A stretch of DNA of 64,000 bases from an uncultured Bacteroidota bacterium (GCA_903944895.1 CAJATL010000226.1:7762-71761); one strand, 5' to 3'. Shown: positions 27,254 to 36,818, numbered from the stretch's first letter. Translations and numbers: made by a program. Notes: a model not told the origin generated them from the sequence alone.

Positions 27254-29626
27254 CTAATTTGAAGTTACTAATTTATTCTCGTTCTGCTTATCTAATTCTT
27301 TTAATCTGTAATCGTACTCGAACTTTCTTTGCATTTTTTCGAGGTCTGCTTGTTTTTGTGCCTCGATGATTGCAAGTTCTTTTTGGGTTTCATCTTCTCG
27401 CTTTTGTATTTCATCTTGTGCCTTTAATTTGTTTTGCTGAATAGTATTATCGCTCATTTGTTGTTGGGTGGCTGCCGCGCTTTGTTTAGCCGCCTGATCC
27501 GCCTCAACTTCTTTTTTTGCAATGTAAATCCTCGCATAACTTATCCCTGCAAAGGTATTAATTAATTGTTCGATAAGATAAAGATACTCACTGTACATAA
27601 GTGCTGGAACACCATTCTTGCCGCCAGCCAATGCGTTCATAGCAGCGTTCCTTATTTCTGATTTAAGGGCATCATCCGGAGCGGCGACCATATGTATTCC
27701 GAAAGCAATAGGTGGGTCAAAGCCAGCCGACTTCAATGCGATTACGGCAGCATCCCCGATGATTCTTTTATATGGTGTATCATCATAAGACAAAACAGCG
27801 GCCTGTACCCTTAAAGTAATTGATTTTGCCATCTGTTCTTTCATAGAAAGATACCCGGCATACACACTTCTTAGAGTATTATTTGTGGCAGATACGGCTA
27901 CTTGAGTAACAAATTTTCCCTGCTCACCGGAAGGAGATTGTGAGTTTGAGCTTAACCGGTCTATTCCAGTGATCTCCATTAACTGCTGATATGCTAACTC
28001 GAAACTCATGGCAGCATCGTTGACAACGGTACCAAGTCCTCCTTTTAATTGCTCAATTGGCTTGTGATTAGTAGGGGGAAATTCTACACCTTCCGGGGTA
28101 GCGTTCCAGATGATATGTCCTTTTTGAGAGTACAGCCTTAAGCTGTCCATCGGCTTCCACTTTTCATCGTCCTCCATGGTCATACCCATCAACGACCCAT
28201 ATTCAATAGCCAGACCAGGAGGGGGTGAGTTGGCGATACCATTCTGCAGCCGGTAAAATGTAAGAGCAATCTGATCAAGCATTGGCTTACAGTTTTCCAC
28301 TGGTGGCTTCTCGTCGATCTTGTAAACCTGAATAGGGGTAACCGGTTTTCTTCCGGAATAATCGAAAGCTACATCATGGGTCCTTCCAAAGTCATAAATG
28401 ACATCTGAACCCAAAATCCACTTGGCACCATAAAGAACTTGGGTAGTCTCCTTGGTGGTTAGCTTCTTGTCGTTATTAAAAACCCGGGGTTTTCTTGATG
28501 TACCATTACTTCTTTTTCTGTATGGCTCCGGGAACTCCTCCTCCATGCCATCATCGAGTTTTCTTGTAGTGAAGTACTTGCTGTCATTGCTTAACCAGTA
28601 AGCCACAAGAACCGGAATCCGGCATTTGTAAAAATCATAAAAACCAAGTTCATCAACAGTCTTATCGTAACTCGAGCGATTGCCGTAAACACCCACATAA
28701 TTACCGGCCAGTCCATACAGATCATCATCTGTCATTTCTGTTTCATGCTTAAGGTCAGCAACGGTAATGTATTCGATAATACCCCAATAACTCACGTCAC
28801 TAAAATCTTCTTCACGCGAGCTTTCGATAATCAGGTTGTTTACGTCAAGGTGCCTTGTTCTTACTTCCCCCAGCGCATAATCAAAGGTGTCCATTGTGGC
28901 GGTAATTCCATAGGTAAGAATATCCTTAATGATGGCCCGTTTAATTTTTTTGTCGTTGGAGGCTTTTAGTGTATGCTCCAATGCTCTTTGAAGCCCGATC
29001 TCATAAGTAAGTTTAAACTCACCCATCTGCTCGAACATTCCTAATTCATCAACGCTTGCCGGATAAATCACCTGATCTTCGCCGGTCTCTATCTCCATGG
29101 CCTTCATAAAGGCATCGAGTTTTGATTTTAGCGCCCCCTGTGCGAATCTTTTGAATTTTATGTCTTCACGTAGGTCTCCGGATTTTTCGTCAATAGCATT
29201 GATATTAACCATGTGTTCCTGCCCTTCCATGATACCAATTATGGTGTTCATATATTTAGGCATCGGGGACATGGTATCGTGGAAGTTAATGTTTACAAAT
29301 CCATCTCTGGAAGATTTATTTTTTGGTGGGTTTTTGGTGTCACCTCCATCTTGATATTGTGGTGAGGTTGTGTCTGACTGAAATTCATCAAGGATAAGGT
29401 CTTTGTACAGATTGGTGTCCTGGCGACCCCGGGCATAAGAAAGGTTAATAGCAAACCTGGCAACATCATCTGGTGTTATCGCGCAATTACCCTTACAATA
29501 ATTTGAATAAATGTGTTCTACGAATGATTTACTCCATTGAGAGGAATTTTGCTTGTAATCCGGGTCAACATCATCTGATGGCCTTTCAAAAAACCCTCTT
29601 TTATAGTTATTGCTAATGTCAGCCAT
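27254..29626 (-). CDS. putative portal protein (790 aa)
   Basis: Size, position upstream of scaffold and capsid, and a coiled-coil C-terminal tail. Confidence 0.6.
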   Translation of the reverse strand: MADISNNYKRGFFERPSDDVDPDYKQNSSQWSKSFVEHIYSNYCKGNCAITPDDVARFAINLSYARGRQDTNLYKDLILDEFQSDTTSPQYQDGGDTKNPPKNKSSRDGFVNINFHDTMSPMPKYMNTIIGIMEGQEHMVNINAIDEKSGDLREDIKFKRFAQGALKSKLDAFMKAMEIETGEDQVIYPASVDELGMFEQMGEFKLTYEIGLQRALEHTLKASNDKKIKRAIIKDILTYGITATMDTFDYALGEVRTRHLDVNNLIIESSREEDFSDVSYWGIIEYITVADLKHETEMTDDDLYGLAGNYVGVYGNRSSYDKTVDELGFYDFYKCRIPVLVAYWLSNDSKYFTTRKLDDGMEEEFPEPYRKRSNGTSRKPRVFNNDKKLTTKETTQVLYGAKWILGSDVIYDFGRTHDVAFDYSGRKPVTPIQVYKIDEKPPVENCKPMLDQIALTFYRLQNGIANSPPPGLAIEYGSLMGMTMEDDEKWKPMDSLRLYSQKGHIIWNATPEGVEFPPTNHKPIEQLKGGLGTVVNDAAMSFELAYQQLMEITGIDRLSSNSQSPSGEQGKFVTQVAVSATNNTLRSVYAGYLSMKEQMAKSITLRVQAAVLSYDDTPYKRIIGDAAVIALKSAGFDPPIAFGIHMVAAPDDALKSEIRNAAMNALAGGKNGVPALMYSEYLYLIEQLINTFAGISYARIYIAKKEVEADQAAKQSAAATQQQMSDNTIQQNKLKAQDEIQKREDETQKELAIIEAQKQADLEKMQRKFEYDYRLKELDKQNENKLVTSN

Positions 29627-29773
29627 TCCTTATTTACAGTTTGGGGCAAATTTACTGTAAAACATAATAACTTGTTTTTTTATTTAAAGAACAGCTTAAT
29701 CACCCCCATTAAGAAATTTATTTTCAGCCTTTTCTGATTCTGAAAAAAACCCAGATTCATCGTCCTTGTAAAA

Positions 29774-30154
29774 TTACTTACCGCTACCATCGTGCTTACA
29801 GGAACCTTCCGGGCATTTTGCGGCAAAAATCTTTTGTTCATACGGAGAAGCCCATACGCCATCAATACAAGTGTCATTCATCGACAAATTTGGGATATCC
29901 CGGACACAGCCCTTACACCAATCCTTTAAATCAACTTTAATTTTCGGGGTAATGCTTTCAACCTGAACGCCAAGTTCCACCATCAAATCATCGTGCATTT
30001 GACACAATTTATCAATGATATTGTAAGGATCATCACCACGTTCAAGCATTTTAATGACACTATGAAAAAGTGGAGACTTGTAATACCTTTCGCGGCCATT
30101 TTTGAACCGATCAAAAATTTGACTTGATTCGACTTTAATTTTTATGCTTTCCAT
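29774..30154 (-). CDS. hypothetical Cys-rich protein (126 aa)
   Basis: Track ORF, preceded by the leader motif GTAAAACTAAACTATAAA. Confidence 0.55.
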   Translation of the reverse strand: MESIKIKVESSQIFDRFKNGRERYYKSPLFHSVIKMLERGDDPYNIIDKLCQMHDDLMVELGVQVESITPKIKVDLKDWCKGCVRDIPNLSMNDTCIDGVWASPYEQKIFAAKCPEGSCKHDGSGK

Positions 30155-30172
30155 TTTATAGTTTAGTTTTAC
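30155..30172 (-). promoter_or_regulatory. leader motif copy (GTAAAACTAAACTATAAA-ATG)
   Basis: Reverse complement of + strand TTTATAGTTTAGTTTTAC, directly upstream of the ATG at 30154. Confidence 0.45.
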
Positions 30173-30606
30173 GATTTAATAAAATTTGTCTCAACTCCAA
30201 GCATACCAGATTTTGGAATAATCACTTCCTTTACCGGCTTGATTGTTTTAAACTTTTTCTTTTTTTTCTTTTTCTGCTTCTTCTTTTTTTTATAAAAATC
30301 AAAATCAGAACGTTTCATTTTAAAAGCCCCATGAACTTTTACATGGCAATTTTTACACAAAGTAATAAGATCGCTTAGGTTGTTGTGTTCATTTTTGTAA
30401 TGTTCGTATGTAATATGATGAACATGAAGGCTATCCTTACTCCCACACATAACGCAATTATTACCATCTCTTGATAGCACAACCTTCCTAATTTCCTTCC
30501 AGTAGTCAGATAATAGATAATCATGGTAATTTAGCTCTACACACCTTGATTGAAGTATTTTAAATACTTTATCAGTCATTCTTTTAATGTTTTTGCCAAA
30601 TATCAA
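30169..30606 (-). CDS. HNH endonuclease with poly-Lys tail (145 aa)
   Basis: CVMCGSKDSLHVHHITYEHYKNEHNNLSDLITLCKNCHVKVH: paired Cys motifs plus H-N-H. Confidence 0.8.
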   Translation of the reverse strand: MIFGKNIKRMTDKVFKILQSRCVELNYHDYLLSDYWKEIRKVVLSRDGNNCVMCGSKDSLHVHHITYEHYKNEHNNLSDLITLCKNCHVKVHGAFKMKRSDFDFYKKKKKQKKKKKKKFKTIKPVKEVIIPKSGMLGVETNFIKS

Positions 30607-30621
30607 ATTTAACTCAAACTA

Positions 30622-31341
30622 TTAGTACCATCTAACTCTCTTAATGGTAATCCCTTTGTGCTGGTAAACCAACCCATTAAAGACAAAGAAATAGCCGTCT
30701 AACTTTTTATAATTAGAAATTGCCTTAAATTCAGCTACACTCATTTCAGACTTTTCAATTATCTCTTTTACTTTAATGTATCCGTTTTTTACCAAACTTT
30801 TTAAAATGTTTCTTGCTTTTGATTGTGAACACCTAAAAACTTTAGCCAAACTCCTGGTTGATAATAGCACATTCTCACAATACTTCTCACCTACCCTAAA
30901 GTACTTATTGAATTTCTTGTACTTTTTTGGGTCAAATCCTTTTACTAATTTCTGCTTGCGATGATAATAGCTTTTTATGCTTCTGCACCAACCCTGTTTT
31001 TTTTGATTACATTCGATCAGCTTAGTATAAACCCTTCGCATGAACGCACCAAATGAAGTCCATGGGCGAATATCTAACTTTTCATATTCACCAACATTAA
31101 ATTCTTGTTTTTTAAATTTTAAATTTTTACCGTCCCGGATCAGGTATTTTATTTTTACCAGATGCCCTACATATTTTCGTACTGTGTTAACTGAAAATCC
31201 GGTTAAAACAGCAACCTTTTCTGGCGTGTAATCAAGTATGATAGGGTACAGGTATTTAGACCTAAGAAAGTAGTAAAAAGCAAACTCGTTGCTTTTAACA
31301 GCTTCATTTACATCTACTTTTATTGATTCCCTTACTTGCAT
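30622..31341 (-). CDS. winged-helix DNA-binding-like protein (239 aa from ATG 31341; track start 31407 less likely)
   Basis: SVNTVRKYVGHLVKIKYLIRDGKNLKF and SKARNILKSLVKNGYIKV are HTH-like. The 31342-31407 extension contains a terminator hairpin. Confidence 0.55.
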   Translation of the reverse strand: MQVRESIKVDVNEAVKSNEFAFYYFLRSKYLYPIILDYTPEKVAVLTGFSVNTVRKYVGHLVKIKYLIRDGKNLKFKKQEFNVGEYEKLDIRPWTSFGAFMRRVYTKLIECNQKKQGWCRSIKSYYHRKQKLVKGFDPKKYKKFNKYFRVGEKYCENVLLSTRSLAKVFRCSQSKARNILKSLVKNGYIKVKEIIEKSEMSVAEFKAISNYKKLDGYFFVFNGLVYQHKGITIKRVRWY

Positions 31342-31345
31342 GGCG

Positions 31346-31383
31346 TTAAAAATAAAAAAGCCCAACCACAGGTGTGATTGAGC
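31346..31383 (-). terminator. intrinsic terminator-like hairpin
   Basis: GCTCAA-tcacacctgtgg-TTGGGC followed by TTTTTTATTTTT on the minus strand. Confidence 0.5.
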
Positions 31384-31523
31384 TTTGTATGAGATGCTTA
31401 GCGCCATTGTTTAAATAACCGGTGACGAGCCGATCCAATGAAGAACTATTTTCAATATTTTTAACCAAGCATGTCATATTCTGTATTTTAATGTTGGGCC
31501 GTCAAAACCAACAATTGTTTCCT

Positions 31524-31596
31524 AAAAAAAGCCCCGGAGAGTTACCGTAACCGAGGCTAACTAAACTCTTAAACCCTAAAAAAAGACAAATTTTAC
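31524..31596 (-). ncRNA. candidate small RNA 2 (promoter box, seed AGUUUAGUUAGCC, terminator)
   Basis: Downstream of the TATCTTTG box (31603-31610). Contains GAGTTTAGTTAGCC, then the hairpin AGCCTCGG..CCGGGGCT and T7. No ORF. Confidence 0.4.
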
Positions 31597-31602
31597 GAGC
31601 AA

Positions 31603-31610
31603 CAAAGATA
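31603..31610 (-). promoter_or_regulatory. Bacteroidota-type -7 box TATCTTTG
   Basis: Part of the exact 12-mer TATCTTTGTTGC, which is shared with the box at 31716-31723. Confidence 0.4.
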
Positions 31611-31641
31611 GTCAGAATTTTTCAAAAAGCAAGAAAAAAAT

Positions 31642-31708
31642 AAAAAAACCGGAAATATTTTTCAGGTATCTCCGGCCAACTAAACTAAATGTGTGATATG
31701 GAAGTAAA
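31642..31708 (-). ncRNA. candidate small RNA 1 (promoter box, seed AUUUAGUUUAGUUGG, terminator)
   Basis: Downstream of the TATCTTTG box. Contains ATTTAGTTTAGTTGG, then the hairpin CCGGAGATA..TATTTCCGG and T7. No ORF. Confidence 0.4.
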
Positions 31709-31715
31709 AGCGCAA

Positions 31716-31723
31716 CAAAGATA
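31716..31723 (-). promoter_or_regulatory. Bacteroidota-type -7 box TATCTTTG
   Basis: TATCTTTGTTGC, 5 nt after the TerL stop. Confidence 0.4.
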
Positions 31724-31728
31724 ACAAA

Positions 31729-33948
31729 TTATCTAATATTTTTCCTTGAAAAAAAATCATTCATTGAAACAGTTTTCTTTTTATCCGGATTAGTCCGATC
31801 CATAACAACGTCTTTACTTCCCAGGTACGACCCTCCAACCGCTACAAACAAGTCAAAGTCAGTAAGCTCATCAACACCCTTAATGGTTTTGGCTTGCTGT
31901 AAGATTTCGATATGCTTCTCCCGGAACCAGTGATCGGATAAATATTTTTCATGGGCATAGAAAATATCCTGTTGCACCGGACCCCGGGTATAGAAACCTG
32001 GTGTAAGATTTTGTTTGCCGTCTGGCTTCCGGCCGTACTTCAAATATCCTAAGTACCCTCTTTTCCTAAAGTGCGACCAGATCAAAGGAACGTTAATTTC
32101 CGGAAACATCATAGCGCCATAGTACACACACATCATTAACATATCTTCCGCGTAATCATCCGGGTCATGCGGCCTGAACAGGTAGGTGCAAACATTACGG
32201 TAAGTCTGCCAGTCCTCCAATGGCGTATCATCATCATCAATGGAGGTATCACGGTTAAAGAACACATTACCTCCACCGTATGACTTTCTGGTTTCGTTGG
32301 TCTTTAAAAACGAATATGGGTCAGCGCTGGCAGTAAAGCGATTTCCATCTTTAGGCTTGTAGGTCTTAACCATTTTGGTAGTGTCCCAGATAGAAACGCT
32401 GTACTTCCTGTTCGATTCATCTGCCGGCAGTAGTAATGAAGTCCTGAATCTACCATCTTTGTTCTTGACAAACTCAACGGTACCATCCTTAACTTTCCCC
32501 CTCCATCTGAAATTTCCCTGCTGTACGCCAATTTCTTCATCAGTCATAAACTGCAGCTTCTTGATCTGCATCATAATTTTGTGAATAGGAAGACCCGATC
32601 CGGAGCCAGAAGAAATAAAACATTCATCGAAGCTCATTGGAGCCAGACGCACCTCCTCGTCAAAATTCTTCCGGGCATCAACGCTGTCTTCATCAAGATA
32701 AGCAGCCTTCACATTTTCCAGGTAACGTTTTGCTCCTATGACCTTTCCGGTTGCGTCATAGGTAAGCATAGGAATACGCCAGTAATCCTCTTGTACCGGA
32801 TCATCAACAATAGCATTACCGAAAATATCAATAAACCCATCCAGACAAACGTATGAAGGAATAAACAGGTTGTACAGCCCGGTTACGGTTTCGCCGTTGG
32901 CGTTTCTCTCTTTGTACATCGAAGCCCTACAAAGATTGTAAAAATTCTTTCCGCCCTGGTTAGTCATTTCCCCAACCGTGGAGGTCTTTATTGTCAGTCC
33001 GTGGATAATTCTACCATTAGCTTGAGATAAAGCTTTCTTTACAACCATGTGCCTGGCATACACATCTTCCTCTTTTGTCTTCCCGGTCTCGTCATCGTGA
33101 TAGAAGATAAGTTTATCACCATCATACCAACCCCTGTTAGCAGAATCGGCAAAAGTGATTTTAGATTGAAGGCCGGTTTCCACATTGGCAACCCCACCCT
33201 TACCCCCGATGTTCACGGTAGGCGCATCGAAGTTCATTCCCGATACCTGGGCTGTGGTGCCGGTGAAATTCGGTTTAAAGAAGAATGGTAATTTCTTCCA
33301 GGGATCACGGCACTTTTCCAGATATGCTTTCTTGGCTGACGGACCATCCATGGACTGAATACCACCATGGACGTTAAATGTTCTGGAAACAATTTCATAG
33401 AGAATAGATTCTGCTTTGTATGTAGCACCTTCCCTTCTATGTTTTGGATAGTTAAACCCATAACACAACCTCCGGCCAAGGTCGGTGCCATCTGGTAGCT
33501 TGGTGTCCAGAAAACAAAATCTCGCAAAGTGAAAAAACAGGTAATCCCGGTAACGATATTGTGGAAGTCCGGAATCCAAATGCCAGAACCCGCAATAGAA
33601 ATAATGCCACCCATCCATGTAAGTGGCCTTGCCGTTCACGAAAAACCAGTAACCATTAAGCCGGCGTTCCCATTGAAGTTTTATCCAGGCAATCTCCGGG
33701 GCATATTCCTTGGAGTTTTTTTTGAGCTTGTTGTAAATATCCTGTAAGGTCTCCGAGGACTTTTGAAGTTTCAATAACCTGATGGGCATCTGTGGAGGTT
33801 TCCACATCTGTTTTTTCGGGTCTTCTCCGTAACCATCAATTTCTTTTTCCGGTGGAGGTTTAGGAAGGTAATAAGTGATCGGGGTAAGAACCGGGTCACC
33901 TTCATTGAAAACTATAAATTCATCTGCTTTTTGATATTTATGAGCCAT
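31729..33948 (-). CDS. terL: putative terminase large subunit (739 aa)
   Basis: Size, position next to the portal region, an ATPase-like KHRREGATYK segment with an acidic IFYHDDETGK Walker-B-like stretch, and a C-terminal Asp-rich nuclease-like half. Confidence 0.65.
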   Translation of the reverse strand: MAHKYQKADEFIVFNEGDPVLTPITYYLPKPPPEKEIDGYGEDPKKQMWKPPQMPIRLLKLQKSSETLQDIYNKLKKNSKEYAPEIAWIKLQWERRLNGYWFFVNGKATYMDGWHYFYCGFWHLDSGLPQYRYRDYLFFHFARFCFLDTKLPDGTDLGRRLCYGFNYPKHRREGATYKAESILYEIVSRTFNVHGGIQSMDGPSAKKAYLEKCRDPWKKLPFFFKPNFTGTTAQVSGMNFDAPTVNIGGKGGVANVETGLQSKITFADSANRGWYDGDKLIFYHDDETGKTKEEDVYARHMVVKKALSQANGRIIHGLTIKTSTVGEMTNQGGKNFYNLCRASMYKERNANGETVTGLYNLFIPSYVCLDGFIDIFGNAIVDDPVQEDYWRIPMLTYDATGKVIGAKRYLENVKAAYLDEDSVDARKNFDEEVRLAPMSFDECFISSGSGSGLPIHKIMMQIKKLQFMTDEEIGVQQGNFRWRGKVKDGTVEFVKNKDGRFRTSLLLPADESNRKYSVSIWDTTKMVKTYKPKDGNRFTASADPYSFLKTNETRKSYGGGNVFFNRDTSIDDDDTPLEDWQTYRNVCTYLFRPHDPDDYAEDMLMMCVYYGAMMFPEINVPLIWSHFRKRGYLGYLKYGRKPDGKQNLTPGFYTRGPVQQDIFYAHEKYLSDHWFREKHIEILQQAKTIKGVDELTDFDLFVAVGGSYLGSKDVVMDRTNPDKKKTVSMNDFFSRKNIR

Positions 33949-34609
33949 GCTTAGTTTTCTTTATGACCGGCTCCTCAATATTAAATGAGTAAAGTATAGC
34001 TACTTCCTCTGGCGTTATCCCCAAGACATAGCTCTCCACAAAATCATACAACGCCCTGTTTAGCTTATCATCATCCTTGGTACCCAGCAAGTCTTCCTTA
34101 AGGTCTTTTACCTCTTGTTTCAGTTTGTTGATATTGGCGATAAGCTCTCTACTTTTCTCGTTTTCATCGTCGCCAGCGAACAATCTTTCCTGTTGCTTGC
34201 GGAGCGCTTCCGTAAAAGTGATGTATGTAGAGAAGTCCTCGTTACTGATCATAGAGACATACCTGATGATCATCCTGTTTATTTCCGGCACACCACAAAG
34301 CACCATATTCTCCACCGGCAACTCGAACTTGTTGTACTTATTAAGTCCAAACCCGGCGATAATAGCAGCTTTGTGTCTTTGTTCATTGATGTCTTTGTAT
34401 GCAGACCTAAGTGGGGAGTGGAGGTCGAAGGCCAAAACAATGTACCTAATCATTTTATTGAAAGGCACCTCAACATAAGCCTGGAACTCACTATGTTTTT
34501 TCAGGATAGGAAATTCAAGCATAAGGTCAGCTTCATCCGGAAACTTGTGGATCGGAAAGAACATCTTCCCAAAATCGAAATCATTAAACCCAAAACTTTT
34601 GTAGTCCAT
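33938..34609 (-). CDS. hypothetical; positional candidate for small terminase subunit (223 aa)
   Basis: Overlaps the TerL start by 11 nt and has a coiled-coil C-terminal half. The call rests on position only. Confidence 0.4.
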   Translation of the reverse strand: MDYKSFGFNDFDFGKMFFPIHKFPDEADLMLEFPILKKHSEFQAYVEVPFNKMIRYIVLAFDLHSPLRSAYKDINEQRHKAAIIAGFGLNKYNKFELPVENMVLCGVPEINRMIIRYVSMISNEDFSTYITFTEALRKQQERLFAGDDENEKSRELIANINKLKQEVKDLKEDLLGTKDDDKLNRALYDFVESYVLGITPEEVAILYSFNIEEPVIKKTKHGS

Positions 34610-34610
34610 A

Positions 34611-35729
34611 TTAAATGAGGTGCCTGGTGTTTCTTATATTCTGACCAAACCGATAAAGGTGAAAAACATACAAACCTTGCATGATGTAAATCTTGTGGCC
34701 AGCATTAAGAACCCTCTGGGAGAAATCCCAATCCACCCCAATCATACCATCCCTGAATTTAATGTCATTCCACACCTTCTTAGAGATAACAGAAACAAGC
34801 ATGCTCGTTCTTTTTTTCGCTGCCAATACGTCCAGTTCCCTGGTCTTTTTGAGGTTGTCAGCAATCTTTTTATGGTAGTCAATGTATGGGTTACTGCTGA
34901 TCTTAACCCGCCACTGCTGCTCCGGGTTTCCGATCCTATTGGTAAGGCATGTGTAAATCGCTCCTCCGGGTCTTTTCTTTATTGTTTTGGCGATCTGGTG
35001 GCCGAAGTCATTATTGAGAAACATAGTATCACCATCCATAATGCACACATAGTCATGGTCTGGAATATCTTTAAAACATTCATTGTAAACTTTGCCGATA
35101 TTCTTATCATAAGCATACGGAGTAAAGTAATGAATTTTCGGAAGGTCGATAAGATCAACCGGGTTTCCAAGGTTTGTCTGTAAGACGTTGGCGATTATTT
35201 TATCCACAAACACCGGTGTCTTTTCTTTGATCAGCTTGTTAATGAAAAAGAAATCACCGGCTTTTTCAGCTTCAAATTTCAGTTCAGTGTGCTTTGGATG
35301 AAAGACAAAATTCGGCATCCCGATATCACCCCGAGTAAATGGCGTTTTTCCCCACGTCTTTACAGTAGGAAGCCTTTGTCCCATGTACCTTATCCTGAAT
35401 ATGTACACACAGTCTTCGGACTTCTCCAATTCATCAATTTCCTCCACAGCACCATCAACAAGCATATCATCATCATCAAGTATCATGGACCAGTCATTGC
35501 TTTGAGCCATAAGGTCGTTGAGGTATAGATTATAAAACCCCATGGTTAACTTGGGGTAATCAACACATACTATAGTGTACCTGAATCCACTGTTTTTACA
35601 GATGGTATTGGCGTAGTGTGCAGATTCATCGTTATCAACCGAGATGATAAGATTCGGATCACCGGTTATTGATTCGATACACCTCTTGAAGTAGTTCCTT
35701 CTGTTTGATGTTCTGATTAGAATGTTCAT
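34611..35729 (-). CDS. glycosyltransferase with two GT-A-like halves (372 aa)
   Basis: MNILIRTSNRRNYFKRCIESI (GT2-like N-terminus). DXD-like ILDDDDML and a second CIMDGDTMF. Confidence 0.6.
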   Translation of the reverse strand: MNILIRTSNRRNYFKRCIESITGDPNLIISVDNDESAHYANTICKNSGFRYTIVCVDYPKLTMGFYNLYLNDLMAQSNDWSMILDDDDMLVDGAVEEIDELEKSEDCVYIFRIRYMGQRLPTVKTWGKTPFTRGDIGMPNFVFHPKHTELKFEAEKAGDFFFINKLIKEKTPVFVDKIIANVLQTNLGNPVDLIDLPKIHYFTPYAYDKNIGKVYNECFKDIPDHDYVCIMDGDTMFLNNDFGHQIAKTIKKRPGGAIYTCLTNRIGNPEQQWRVKISSNPYIDYHKKIADNLKKTRELDVLAAKKRTSMLVSVISKKVWNDIKFRDGMIGVDWDFSQRVLNAGHKIYIMQGLYVFHLYRFGQNIRNTRHLI

Positions 35730-35905
35730 TTTTTCTTCCCCCCCATTATTCCAAACTCACCTTTTATTCTCTTGGTTGCGAAATACAAATCCCGCAAAAT
35801 AAGATTTTCAGCCTGTGGACTTCTGATCTGGTGCTTTCCGGTCTCCATTAACTCGAGCATGTATTTAAGGTCAGAAATAATCCTTGCGTTTTGATTAGAC
35901 GACAT
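35726..35905 (-). CDS. small hypothetical protein (59 aa, below track cutoff)
   Basis: Own translation: MSSNQNARIISDLKYMLELMETGKHQIRSPQAENLILRDLYFATKRIKGEFGIMGGKKK. ATGA overlap with the glycosyltransferase start. Confidence 0.5.
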   Translation of the reverse strand: MSSNQNARIISDLKYMLELMETGKHQIRSPQAENLILRDLYFATKRIKGEFGIMGGKKK

Positions 35906-36632
35906 ATTCTTCTTGTGCTAAAATGTAACGACGTTGTATGACATACAAATTCTTGTTGTGTGTAGCATGGCTATCATATTCGAGCTTACGGTGCATCCCA
36001 CCAGCCCTTTTTCTGAAATAACACTTTTCCCCTGGTGCCATCCCATCAACATCAAACAGCCAGCCTTGACCCTTAAAGTTACGTGTTTTAATGTACTCAA
36101 CATTACAGTTCCCAACATACTTTATAACACCTTGGCCTGGATCGAAAGTTTCCTTGGTATATTCGCCAAAGGTCATTTTATTACTCACCCCTTCAAAAAT
36201 CACATACCCATTGAGCGGAACCAGATCATCTCCATCAATCTTAGCATACATGCTATGGTAGTTGATAAACACAAAATATTCACCTTCCCATTCCAAAAAC
36301 ATCTCCACCGGATGCCCGATGAACCTGTTCACTTTAGTACCAAAGTTAATCATGCACTCATGGTAATCGATAATAACCTTATCCCCGGGCTTTACATCAC
36401 AGGTAGGCTTCCACTCAATTCCTTTTTGAGCAGTGGATTCGGTTGGTGTAGAAAATTTCTGTGGGATTTGGATTACTTCTGCGATTACGTTGGCATGGTC
36501 AGCGGAGTTAAAAGTGGTGTCTATCAGCAGTTCCCCGCCATTACTAAAAACAATCTTGTCGTTGACCGGTTTCATCTTAAGCAAAACCTTGTCATACGGA
36601 ATCTTGATGTTGTACGGATTTATTCCAATCAT
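35895..36632 (-). CDS. hypothetical protein, first gene of the minus-strand late operon (245 aa)
   Basis: Track ORF adjacent to the divergent promoter region. Confidence 0.65.
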   Translation of the reverse strand: MIGINPYNIKIPYDKVLLKMKPVNDKIVFSNGGELLIDTTFNSADHANVIAEVIQIPQKFSTPTESTAQKGIEWKPTCDVKPGDKVIIDYHECMINFGTKVNRFIGHPVEMFLEWEGEYFVFINYHSMYAKIDGDDLVPLNGYVIFEGVSNKMTFGEYTKETFDPGQGVIKYVGNCNVEYIKTRNFKGQGWLFDVDGMAPGEKCYFRKRAGGMHRKLEYDSHATHNKNLYVIQRRYILAQEEYVV

Positions 36633-36651
36633 AAATTTATTTTTAAAGTTC

Positions 36652-36683
36652 TTGCAAAAGTAAGAATATTATTGCTATATTTG
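36652..36683 (+). promoter_or_regulatory. putative Bacteroidota sigma-A type promoter (TTG ... TATATTTG)
   Basis: TTG at 36652-36654, a 21 nt spacer, then TATATTTG at 36676-36683. Located at the head of the + strand early operon. Confidence 0.5.
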
Positions 36684-36818
36684 CAACGCAAACGATAGAT
36701 AAATGAACGCGCAAAATAAAAATACTTTAAGCTGTCCGGTCCAAACGCCAAAACTCGATGTCGTTTGCAACACACCTTTGCGTTCAGGCGTTACCGGCAG
36801 CTTTAATTTTTTACAGGC

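Noticed and set aside
30240-30300. Long T/A homopolymer runs encoding the poly-Lys tail of the HNH protein, as a phase-variation switch.
   Set aside because: The frame stays open through the runs and no alternative-frame product is evident. This is more simply a basic low-complexity tail.
31342-31407. N-terminal extension of ORF 30622..31407 (MALSISYKAQSHLWLGFFIFNA).
   Set aside because: The extension is made of a terminator-like hairpin plus U-tract. The ATG at 31341 follows it directly.
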